A stretch of 64,000 nt of DNA. It comes from Epithemia pelagica. Its lineage: Eukaryota > Protista > Bacillariophyta. The stretch spans positions 3,348,001-3,412,000 of the forward strand of contig OX337232.1 of assembly GCA_946965045.2 (NCBI GenBank), given 5' to 3'. Positions 1-9,161 of the stretch are shown one piece after another; within the stretch, counting starts at the first letter, position 1, and each line of letters begins with the position of its first letter. Made by a program: the position numbers and the translations under genes. The notes under the pieces are model-generated. The model had not been told where the DNA came from. It did no database searches and saw nothing but the letters and a program-made list of their open reading frames with translations.

Positions 1-3000
1 TATTACTATCGCAAATGGCAAACAGTCACCGCATGAAACACAACGCGGAGACGGCCGTAATCCAGTTTCCTACTTTTTGGCTTTGCTCGACTTTGGACAA
101 CTCTTGTCATGAGGTGGACGGCCATTTCGGTTGGGACGACAGGCCCACTGAAGAAATGGCTGACAGCATACCTGATGCTGAGCCTTTGGACGGGCCGTTT
201 CTGCAATATTTCCCCATCCCCATCCTTGTGCTTGTGGATACTGAGGCACTGGTCCGCCAAACATCGGGTAACCACCTCGAGGAACAAGGAACGGCGGATG
301 ACTACCCTCCATCTGGGCGGGCACGCAGTAAAGCTGGTTACTCCAACCTGGAATATCAGGGGAAGCTTTCACAGGAGACAGTTTTTGCGGCGATAGAGGA
401 ACAGGAGACAGGTCAACCAAAGTTGGAGACGAATCATCGCAACTGGGTGTGGACGATGCCTTTTTGGAGGAACTGGATGGTGATGCCTTCTTGGAGGAAT
501 CAAACACAGCCTTCGTAACGACATCCACAGATGAGGGCGTCTCTTCGTTCTTCGATTTGACTGGTGTCGCGATAAGAGGGGAGGACCAAACACTGTCCGC
601 TTCCTTCGAAGATGGACCATTCTTGTTTGGGAGCAATGGCGATTTCTTCTTGTCATGAACAAGAGGAACCGGATTATTTCCACACTGATCACAGTAACAA
701 CGATCATTTAAGGGAGACGATTGGAAAGCAGCCTGCCTTGCTCGCTCCTGAATCCAATACTCTGAAAAGAACCGCTCGCCGTTGTCTTCAGGCAACTCAC
801 GAGCATACTCGAAAGGAATTGTTGGATATCCGGACTCCTTTGCGAGATCGTTGATGTAACCGAGCTCGGAATGGTTGTAAAATGTGGGATTATTGGCCCA
901 ATATGCTGGAACATTCGGCCGTTCATCGACTGGTGTTGCAGCCATACGAAGCCGATGACGGATTCTCGTGTTGTACATTGTTGTACCTAACAAGTTGACA
1001 TTGTCGCACAAGGAAGAACGCATTCCAACATTACCGAAGTGAGCAAGGTGATCATGGAACCCCTCGAGTTTCGATTCACATCGCAACGAACTGTACTCGG
1101 CCAAACCATGACGAGTCGTCTTCGTGGGTGGGATAACGCGATACATATCCTGAACAGGCACAATGTCCTGAATATGTGCCGCATTCTTCTTCTGCTCTTC
1201 CACGGCGGTCTTGGTATCGACGGTGAAAAGCTTCTTTCCTGTAATGGGATCGGGGCGTCTGCGACCAGGTCGTTCGATGGGATCGGAAGAGTCAACCTTG
1301 TAATTACAGAACCATTCTTCAAGCTTCTGTCGAATGACATCAGGGGGCCTGATTTTCTTCATGAGGAACTTTCCATACTTCTTACGGAAATCCTTGGACA
1401 TTTCGATGTCAAGGATATCTTGATCAGACAATGGTTTCTTGTCTCGACCCATATTTCCTGCACGAAGAGCCTGTACCAATGCCTGGTACGTTTCGGGCTC
1501 CCACTCATAGATGCAATGGCAGAGTTCTCGCAAAGCTCTATGATAATCGATGTGGCCCTGACGAAGCGTTTTGATGATCCTTTGTTGAAAATGGTACAAA
1601 CCGAGTCGCCCAGTCAGTACCGCACCGAACAAGATCTTCCAGAACGCGTCCTTAGCAGGGTACGTGTCACTGTACATGGCAACCGGATTGAAATGTGGTC
1701 GACGGGCCAATTGCTCGGCGGCATGCGCAATATCAGCCACCCCAGTGCCTCCTGTCAATACAACGGAAGCGATTTCACCGGTTTCGGTTGCTGTATCCCA
1801 AGCGGCCGCCGCTCCAAGCTTCTTGGTGTAGTTCTTGACCATCTCCATTGTATGGTCTTGGGCAAAGAAAGCGTTGGTTCCAACTGATTGCATCTCGCGA
1901 ACACACCGATCATGATCGCTTACCCCATAAGGTGTAAGGTTCGAAGCGCAAGCTTCATCAAACAGATCTCGAATCGTATCACCAGCTGGGGGCATGGTTG
2001 GCATGAACTCTTCAAAGCTGGGATACTCTGCAGGGGTGACTGGGTTGTCGCTGTGAGCATTGTAATGGCTCATGAAAGAGACATACTCAGCGAACCGACG
2101 GAGGTAGTCCTTACTTCCTCGGCTCGCAATCAATCGCGCAAGCTGTTCGCCGTTTCTGTACGTTACCATATTCTCTTGCACAACATGACAGCAGTCGAGG
2201 TCGAGATGGCAGTTGCCCGCTCCAGCATACTTCGGCTCCACGGGGTATGCATTACGCACGTACTCGGGTAACGTGAGAAGCACACGACCATCATTGCCAT
2301 TGTACCGCTTCCCACATGTCTGACAAACATACGACATCACTATGCACCACGATGGCGGTCCGCTCATATTAAACAAGGGCATCAAAGTCTTATTCTTGGA
2401 ATAATTCGTCCGATCTTGTTTCAGCATCCCTCCGTCGCAGGTTGGATCCGGACAAAGGATCTTGATATTGGGGAAATGGGCTTCCCAGTGAACATGATAA
2501 AGGGACGTACCCTCGACTGAATGGTAGAGGGGGTTGAGTGGTCTACCGTAGCTCCTGTCATTGGGGATTACAAACTTGAGACTATGGGGCGGAAACCACA
2601 AGTCCAAATCCTCTTTCGACATCTTTGAAATGAACTCCGCAACTATACTGATGGGTTCAGGGATTCCTTTCTTTTTTTTACTGCCATCTCCACTCAAGCT
2701 CCCTTCAACGATGGTAAGAAGGGAACCTGTTGGCATTGCCATTGGTGGAAGCGTTGTATCTGTTACTCCAGCCGCGACATTCGAGGCAACAAGGGGAGGA
2801 CCAGTGGGAGGAGATTCGGTCTCATTTACTTCCATCTGATCCACAGAGAGGTTCCTGTTCATTTCGGATTCATCCATTTCTGGAGCACCCTGAACAGGAA
2901 CCATATCTGCATCATCCAAAACAATTGGGTCATTTGTACTGCCGCCATTTTGTGGTGGAGGTGGTGGTTGAAGATTCATCTGCCCCTGTGGGGGTGGTTT

Positions 3001-4005
3001 CAGCTTCTTTGCTTTCGGTTTCGAGTCGTCGTCACTTGCCTTCCTTTTCCTATCAGGAGAAGGGACAAAGAAAGTGTACATCGCTTGCTGCTGGACGGCC
3101 TCCTTCTGTTTGAGGGGAGACTGGCGTTGTTGGTTCGATGCAAACACGTCCGTCAGTTTCTTCATGTACTTTGTGCATACTTTTTGGTTTTTGCGATTGC
3201 TTCTACTACGAGGGCAAAGATCGTGATGTTTTCGATGTGGTTGGGACTTGCCTGCTGCCTCTCTCTTGCAGACAGGGCAGTCTCGAGCTGGGTCAAAGGG
3301 GCGGTCCTCATCGTCAGCCTTCTTTCGACTGTGAGCTGTTGATGACTTGTACTGATGCTCTGGTCTCCTGCGGATTGCTCTACTGTTTGTAGCTCGCTTT
3401 TGGCTTTGGACTCCCATTTTCCTCTCTCCTCTCTCTCCAAATAAGTCAGAAACTAAAGGAAAGCCGGTGGGAACACGTGTTTCGTTCCGTTCTGTGCTGT
3501 TGCGGATTGCTTGTGGTAGTGGCTGCGGTGTCCATCCAACGTATGGGTTGCTCAACCTCTTGGCCGCGCTGTTGCTGCTGCCATTAAGGCCTTCACCTGC
3601 CATGGTTTTTTTTTAAGCGCTAGCTTTTTTCCATGCATGTAATAATCCCCTGTTTATGACCATTGCCAAATTTGTTTGATTGTTGTTTTTCGTTTGCCGT
3701 AGTGATAGGAAGTTTTTTGGCGCTCTATCGGCACCCTCATTGTCGATCCATTTTGGGTGCCGATGGATCGGCATGATGAATTGCCTCCATATTCCCTCCA
3801 TTCCTAAGTCCGATACTCCGTTAATTTGTATGGTAGGAAACCTTGTCTTACTTCGTCACTCTAGTCTAATGTATAGTCAAATATTTCAAAACCTTGGAGG
3901 TTTTCAAAGGTTTGTCTAAGTAATATAGTAGGAACGACATAGGTTTTGGAGGTTTTCGACCAATCATATCTCTGCCTTAGCTAAGTGTAGTCCTCCCCCC
4001 CCCCA
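1..4005 (-). mobile_element. Putative DNA transposon carrying the 70-3603 ORF; left end probably outside the window, right boundary approximate
   Basis: Transposase-like ORF. A 12-bp direct repeat TTGGAGGTTTTC (3894-3905, 3946-3957) and a C-run near 3995-4003 lie upstream. No TIR pair is visible in the window. Confidence 0.4.
70..3603 (-). CDS. Putative DNA transposase (DUF6729-like Cys-rich region followed by a Mutator/MULE-like DDE core)
   Basis: Uninterrupted 1177-aa ORF. CPDPTC and YVCQTCGKRY...VLLTLPEYVRNAYP resemble DUF6729. FAQDHT / MYSDTYP / GLYHFQQRI / RCESKLEGFH match the D, D, (C/D)xxH, E order of MULE-type transposases. Terminal CxxC...H...C motifs. Confidence 0.6.
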   Translation of the reverse strand: MAGEGLNGSSNSAAKRLSNPYVGWTPQPLPQAIRNSTERNETRVPTGFPLVSDLFGERGERKMGVQSQKRATNSRAIRRRPEHQYKSSTAHSRKKADDEDRPFDPARDCPVCKREAAGKSQPHRKHHDLCPRSRSNRKNQKVCTKYMKKLTDVFASNQQRQSPLKQKEAVQQQAMYTFFVPSPDRKRKASDDDSKPKAKKLKPPPQGQMNLQPPPPPQNGGSTNDPIVLDDADMVPVQGAPEMDESEMNRNLSVDQMEVNETESPPTGPPLVASNVAAGVTDTTLPPMAMPTGSLLTIVEGSLSGDGSKKKKGIPEPISIVAEFISKMSKEDLDLWFPPHSLKFVIPNDRSYGRPLNPLYHSVEGTSLYHVHWEAHFPNIKILCPDPTCDGGMLKQDRTNYSKNKTLMPLFNMSGPPSWCIVMSYVCQTCGKRYNGNDGRVLLTLPEYVRNAYPVEPKYAGAGNCHLDLDCCHVVQENMVTYRNGEQLARLIASRGSKDYLRRFAEYVSFMSHYNAHSDNPVTPAEYPSFEEFMPTMPPAGDTIRDLFDEACASNLTPYGVSDHDRCVREMQSVGTNAFFAQDHTMEMVKNYTKKLGAAAAWDTATETGEIASVVLTGGTGVADIAHAAEQLARRPHFNPVAMYSDTYPAKDAFWKILFGAVLTGRLGLYHFQQRIIKTLRQGHIDYHRALRELCHCIYEWEPETYQALVQALRAGNMGRDKKPLSDQDILDIEMSKDFRKKYGKFLMKKIRPPDVIRQKLEEWFCNYKVDSSDPIERPGRRRPDPITGKKLFTVDTKTAVEEQKKNAAHIQDIVPVQDMYRVIPPTKTTRHGLAEYSSLRCESKLEGFHDHLAHFGNVGMRSSLCDNVNLLGTTMYNTRIRHRLRMAATPVDERPNVPAYWANNPTFYNHSELGYINDLAKESGYPTIPFEYARELPEDNGERFFSEYWIQERARQAAFQSSPLNDRCYCDQCGNNPVPLVHDKKKSPLLPNKNGPSSKEADSVWSSPLIATPVKSKNEETPSSVDVVTKAVFDSSKKASPSSSSKKASSTPSCDDSSPTLVDLSPVPLSPQKLSPVKASPDIPGWSNQLYCVPAQMEGSHPPFLVPRGGYPMFGGPVPQYPQAQGWGWGNIAETARPKAQHQVCCQPFLQWACRPNRNGRPPHDKSCPKSSKAKK

Positions 4006-5207
4006 TCCCCCATCACATCATGTCGAACACTGTCGGCAAGAAGGAGAGAGATCTTTTGATGATGATTATAATATGATCAAAGGTCCAAGTTGCGAGAAGA
4101 GGGAGTCATAGCTTCAACCAAGCCAAAGAAACACATAGCCAGAGGATCGTAGAGTACCCACTTTGCTTCGAGGCGAGAAAAGTCCCCTCAAAAGGCCGCG
4201 ACCCGTTGTTTGCATACTGGCATGGTGAGATATGAATTCGATCCTGTCACCATAATCAATCATATTCACAAGAATGCCTGTTTTCTTTCCATCAGCTCAC
4301 ACTTTTCATCCTTGTTCTCATTCCACAAACGCGGTACGGTTTGTGGACGGCTCGTTCTCATCCACCTCGCTGGATTGTCCCCAACAATCCCACTCTTTTT
4401 CTCCATCCTTTGCGCCTATCAACTCCCATACGATAGCTCTGTTGGAAGACATGGCTCTTGTCCTGGATTTGATGCGCCGTCGTCATGTTGGATGATGTTC
4501 CGTTGTCTTATGTGGGCCGGTTCTGCCACACATACCGCGACCAGTGGAGCTAGGATCTCTACCCTACCTACCATACCACACATAGCCATGCCATTGCCCA
4601 GCCATACGGATACTCCCTTCGTTCTCTTCGGATTCGAAGTTTCGTTCCTGAATCTCCCGCCTTCATAGGTGTGTGTTCTCACATTTGTCTCTTGTCCGTC
4701 CTCTTGTCTAGAGAAGATAGCGCCGACTGGATGGTTTCCTTCGTGTGCTTCTGTGTGTATCCCGCCCAATGAGCAGCACAATGGTTCGTGTGATAATCGC
4801 TGCCTTACCCCTACGAAGGAAGGCCACTTTGACTCTTAGAGGTAGAGATGCAGCAATCGACAATCTGCACAACCACCAACAACGTGGTAGAACCATTTAC
4901 ACTCTGACTACAACAAGCACAAACACACTAGGCATGTCTGGTGTGTAACACTCGAATGGCCTATTACATGCAGTTTCTATTTCTGGTTTCCAATCTACAT
5001 AGCGATTCATACACGCAAATAATAAATATGACAGTGGTTGGCACAAGATTCGTGCTCCTTCCTCCTCCATAATGGGTATACAATAGGAGAAAAACAAGTC
5101 GGTGCGTTGTAAGCCAGCGAGCGAGTTTGGTACGACAACACCCACCCGTTTCTCATGTGGTTGGTTGGTTGGTTGGTTGGACGCACAAGAGGAGTCCTTC
5201 TCCATGG

Positions 5208-5960
5208 TTAGGGCGTGACCAAACTATCGAAGGTGGAATCGTCCAGTTGCGAGCTGCCGCTGGTATAGGTATCTTCGGCCAAACTGTCCCAACTTTCCGT
5301 GCTCTGCGATTCGTCACTGACAGGCACTGCCGAGTCGTCCTGGGGGCGATAATACCGACGACCACGCGGTCGGTCCGAGGATGGAGGAGTGGTGCTGTGG
5401 TTTGGTTTCTTGTGGTTGGTGGTACGGGTCCGTGGTGCAGCCAGTGGAGGATCGTCGAGACTCAATTGTCGAAAAAATTCTTGCGTTTCCGTGTCGTTCA
5501 GGCCCTCGAGGGATTGCCGAATTTGGTCGTGTCGCGAAGCCATCAATTGCGGCGGTGACAGCATGGTTTTTTCCACCAACCAGCGCTGTTGCTCGCGTGT
5601 GAGATGGGTGCTGCTGCCGGTCGAAATCCGGCTCTGATTGGACGAGGCGACGGTTCTTTGTTGTGGTTGACTGTGTTTGGGGGCTGAAGGCATAGAGGTG
5701 CCTCCTTCCAGTCGACTTGATTCTTTCAAGAGTTGGACCAGGGCCCTCTGGCTGCTCGTCTTGCCATTTTCCTCATTCTTGTCATCGTTGTCATCATCAT
5801 CGTCTTGGAGCGAGACGTATTGGGTATGATTGCGATCCCATTGCGGTTCAATGGTGGTACAGGCACAGGATTTGGAAATGGTGAGCAACATGGCCACCAA
5901 AAAGTTGGGTGCCGAATTGTAGTGCTGGGTGGTCGTCGTCAAGGCTGGATCTTGCCCCAT
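5208..5960 (-). CDS. Hypothetical low-complexity protein (S/T/D/Q-rich)
   Basis: 250-aa ATG-initiated ORF whose composition resembles the other host genes; no recognisable domain. Confidence 0.4.
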   Translation of the reverse strand: MGQDPALTTTTQHYNSAPNFLVAMLLTISKSCACTTIEPQWDRNHTQYVSLQDDDDDNDDKNEENGKTSSQRALVQLLKESSRLEGGTSMPSAPKHSQPQQRTVASSNQSRISTGSSTHLTREQQRWLVEKTMLSPPQLMASRHDQIRQSLEGLNDTETQEFFRQLSLDDPPLAAPRTRTTNHKKPNHSTTPPSSDRPRGRRYYRPQDDSAVPVSDESQSTESWDSLAEDTYTSGSSQLDDSTFDSLVTP

Positions 5961-6633
5961 ACTGGCGCTGTGCGGGTTGGTATTGTATGACTAGAGAGAG
6001 AGGCTTGCTGCCACGAAATGGAGCAACGACAGGACAGAGATTGCTCGAGAGCGCTTTGGTCGACGTTTGTGTGTGTACTGTTCGTCCCGAAGTTTGTTCC
6101 TTCTTCGCTTGCTGACTACTGCTGCTCCGATTGCTCTTCTCCAACGCAAAAAAGAGGGAAGTGAATCGTTGCAGAGTTTCCTTTGCCGGTAAAGGTTTGG
6201 ACAAGAAGGACAAGAAGGACAAGAAGGGACTCGGAAAAGGGTGCTTGTGTGTCCACCCCCCAAAACTTTTTTTTGTGAGACCGGCGGTTGGTGCCTCCAA
6301 AAATGGCGGTGCCACCCGAGACGCCGAAGCCAAACGGTATGGCGAGCGCGCGCTTTCGTTATAACAACGATTTACCTATGACCTCGGGCCGGCTACATAG
6401 GAATGTTCCCAAAGACTCCGACTCGACGAAAAAGTCCAAGTCGTGTCAAGGGACCAACTCTCGGACATTGACACGCCGGGGGACAACAAGACCACGTGTG
6501 TTGCGGCCACAAATTACTCTATGTTACAAGTTACAAGCCATCCTCGTGGAACGCAAACGCTAGCTAGATCGACACGGGACCCCGAACTCTTGCATGTATG
6601 GGTAAACTCCTAGGAAAGGAGTTGGACAAATTC

Positions 6634-7040
6634 AAACCGTTCCAAAACGAGGGTGAAACTGGGCGGCATCGTTCCAACTTGAGAATGGAACCATACTTAG
6701 ACTGTCATTTTTTAAGACGTTCAACATGGATCGCGACCTCCAGGACTTGGAAACGGACACGAACGAATTTAAACCGTTCCAAACCATGGTGAAACTGGGC
6801 GGAATCGTTCCCACTTGGGAATGGAACCATAATAATTAGACATGACATTTTTTCAGACGTTCCACTAGAATCGCGACCTCCACGACTTCGGATCCAAGTA
6901 GTTTGCACACTGGTAATTCCGGAGACGAATGAATTCCAACAGTTCCAGACCATGGTGAAACTTTTGGAATGGAACCATACTTAGACGTGCCATTTTTTCA
7001 GACTGTTTGAAATAGGAGTTCTCGCGACCGTTCACCACCG
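6634..7040. repeat. Degenerate tandem repeat, 3 copies of about 137-166 bp
   Basis: Units start at 6634, 6771 and about 6937. They share AACxGTTCCAxAC..GGTGAAACT, GAATGGAACCATA, CATTTTTTxAGAC and TCGCGACC. Confidence 0.85.
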
Positions 7041-7201
7041 ATGGAAATTTTGGTATCGTTGGAGCCATTGTGTGTAGGTCGACTGTGTGTCAGACCACAT
7101 TTGTCCGGCATGGAAATGGCGTGTCCGTGGGTTCCATCACGTACGTCGTCTGGTAGCCGAAGGCCAATGACACCACAGTGCCGAAACCTTTTCCTTGTGT
7201 A

Positions 7202-8401
7202 TTAGTATTCTGCCGAGGATGGAGTCAGAATACTGCCCAAGGTGGTGGAATCCTCCACCGACACATCCTCCTCCTCCTTGTCATTCTCGTCGTCCGTGGT
7301 TTCCGGACGGCTTTGGAGCCGTGGAGGACCAACAGTCTTGTGGGTGGAACGGATCGGTGAAGACCGTTTCGGAGGAGATTGAAACAAGGACGACCACGAG
7401 GTGTTGACTCCACTCGTGTCGGGCATTACGTCTTGGTCCGGATTGGAAAAGGAAAAGGACTGTGCCGTAACGGGAAGCGACTCGGGAGTCCGTCGACTCG
7501 ACGTGTCCTCCTCATCCTTGTCGTCGTCGTCGTCATCGTCGTCATGATGATCCTCCCAGGGGTCGGAAAAGGAAAAGGATGGGGCGGCGGCGTGTGTGGG
7601 CGGAAGCAGGTCGTTGTCTAACAAGGCCGCCATTTTCGTTTTGCTCTTGTATCGTCCTGCCTGTTTTCCTTGTTTCTCCCGAGTCGATTGGCTGTGATCC
7701 GTCGACTCGTCTTCTTCTTCTTCTTCTTGTCGTTCTTGTTCCAACAAAAAACTTTCGTCGTCCTCATTGTCGCACAGCAACAAGCCATCCTCGGGAAAAG
7801 TATTGGCACAGGAAGAAGAAGCGGTGGGCAGTTTGGTATCGTGCAGCGTTGACACGCACGTCCCGGACCAGGACAAGAACCAAGTGGCGGCGGCATGCAC
7901 CAACGACTGTTCGAGCGGCATGGCAGTAGTAGTAGTGTTGCTTGGTTCGGTCGGTGCCGCTTGAGAATGGGTAATCCATTTGGAATCAAGGCGTTGTTTC
8001 GTCACCACAAATCCACCATTGGGATGACGATTCTCATTGGTCATGCTGGTCATGGACGTGTTGCTGTAGGAAGGACTAATGGCGGGTGTCGTTGTGGTGG
8101 GAGTCTGGACCGTTTGGGGTTGGCAACAGACAGGTGCTTCCAACGTGCTGCTCGTCAGGAGGGGTAGGGGGTGGCACTGAGGTTGACAGCCTTGGAAAAG
8201 GGACGGCTCTGGTGCGTCTTGTGTTTGTCGTTGTGGTGGTTTGGGTTTGCTCGGTTGTGGTTGTTTTTGTTGTTGCAAGACGCGCAGGTTGCGTCTCGTC
8301 TTGGCCCGCAAGGCGGCCACCACTTGCTTGACATGATCGTCATCGAGTTGGTCCGAATAATCCACCGTGTGCACGGCCTGTTTGGGATCCAATTTGGACA
8401 T
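7202..8401 (-). CDS. Hypothetical low-complexity acidic/Pro-Gln-rich protein
   Basis: 399-aa ATG-initiated ORF; no recognisable domain. Confidence 0.5.
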   Translation of the reverse strand: MSKLDPKQAVHTVDYSDQLDDDHVKQVVAALRAKTRRNLRVLQQQKQPQPSKPKPPQRQTQDAPEPSLFQGCQPQCHPLPLLTSSTLEAPVCCQPQTVQTPTTTTPAISPSYSNTSMTSMTNENRHPNGGFVVTKQRLDSKWITHSQAAPTEPSNTTTTAMPLEQSLVHAAATWFLSWSGTCVSTLHDTKLPTASSSCANTFPEDGLLLCDNEDDESFLLEQERQEEEEEDESTDHSQSTREKQGKQAGRYKSKTKMAALLDNDLLPPTHAAAPSFSFSDPWEDHHDDDDDDDDKDEEDTSSRRTPESLPVTAQSFSFSNPDQDVMPDTSGVNTSWSSLFQSPPKRSSPIRSTHKTVGPPRLQSRPETTDDENDKEEEDVSVEDSTTLGSILTPSSAEY

Positions 8402-8893
8402 TATCCGAAACTTAGAGGATTACAAAACGGGGAATAACGACGACGACGATGTCAATACGAGAATCACTGGAGAGTATTGTGTTGTTCCAGGGCGTGTCTC
8501 GAAATGTGGACCAACAGCGATCGGTGTGCCGGCACGAATGGAAGGTTTCACCACTCTTCGCTTTCTTGGTGTCTGCTATTGTAGTAACAAATCTGGAGGA
8601 ACCGACACTTTTTGGAAATCTGTTAGTGTTGGTACCATTCGCTCCGTCCGTTGTTCCAAGCACAACCAGCCCAAGAGTGAAAGTGTCTCTCTCTTTTCTT
8701 GCAAGAACCAAAGGACATGGACTGCCTTTCTAAAATGTGGCTAGCACATACTGGTTGTCTCTCCGATGGACACGTTTTTTCGTTGTATGTAGTGTTGCCA
8801 GTCGTGCAAAGGAACCGAGTTCGAAATTGCCCTACTTGTATTCTTGGTTTTGTGGGATGATCGTCCTGCGCCCCTGCGCTCTCCAACTGTCTT

Positions 8894-9141
8894 TTGTCTG
8901 TACTGGGTGGAGTGACGTGGCCGATGCTGGCCAGACTCCGCGACCGACAACAGAGGTGCGACTGCTCCGCCTCCTCGACGCGAGGCGAGCATCCGATTTG
9001 ATTCCCACAATCGGAAGTTTTAGGATGACCCTGATGCAGAGTCGTTGGAGCGTGAGAAGAGCTCACTCTTCTTGGGTTCAGCATCTTTGCAACGACTACG
9101 AGACGAGTTCGAGATCGCAACGATTCTAGTTAGCTAATCTT
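8894..9141 (+). repeat. Split direct repeat A1 (248 bp)
   Basis: TTGTCTGTACTGGG...TAGCTAATCTT; appears identical to 16551-16798 by eye. Confidence 0.95.
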
Positions 9142-9161
9142 CTGAGTTTACCTTGTTCATC

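Noticed and set aside
1039-2271. Plus-strand ORFs of 282 and 127 aa opposite the transposase
   Set aside because: Antisense shadows of the long minus-strand ORF, with no motif.
4210-4950. Several 60-150 aa ORFs on both strands
   Set aside because: No recognisable motif or consistent exon structure.
8880-8900. Target-site duplication or shared core for the Ngaro insertion
   Set aside because: The flanks (…AACTGTCTT and GGGTGTTGG…) share no duplicated sequence, consistent with YR-mediated integration.
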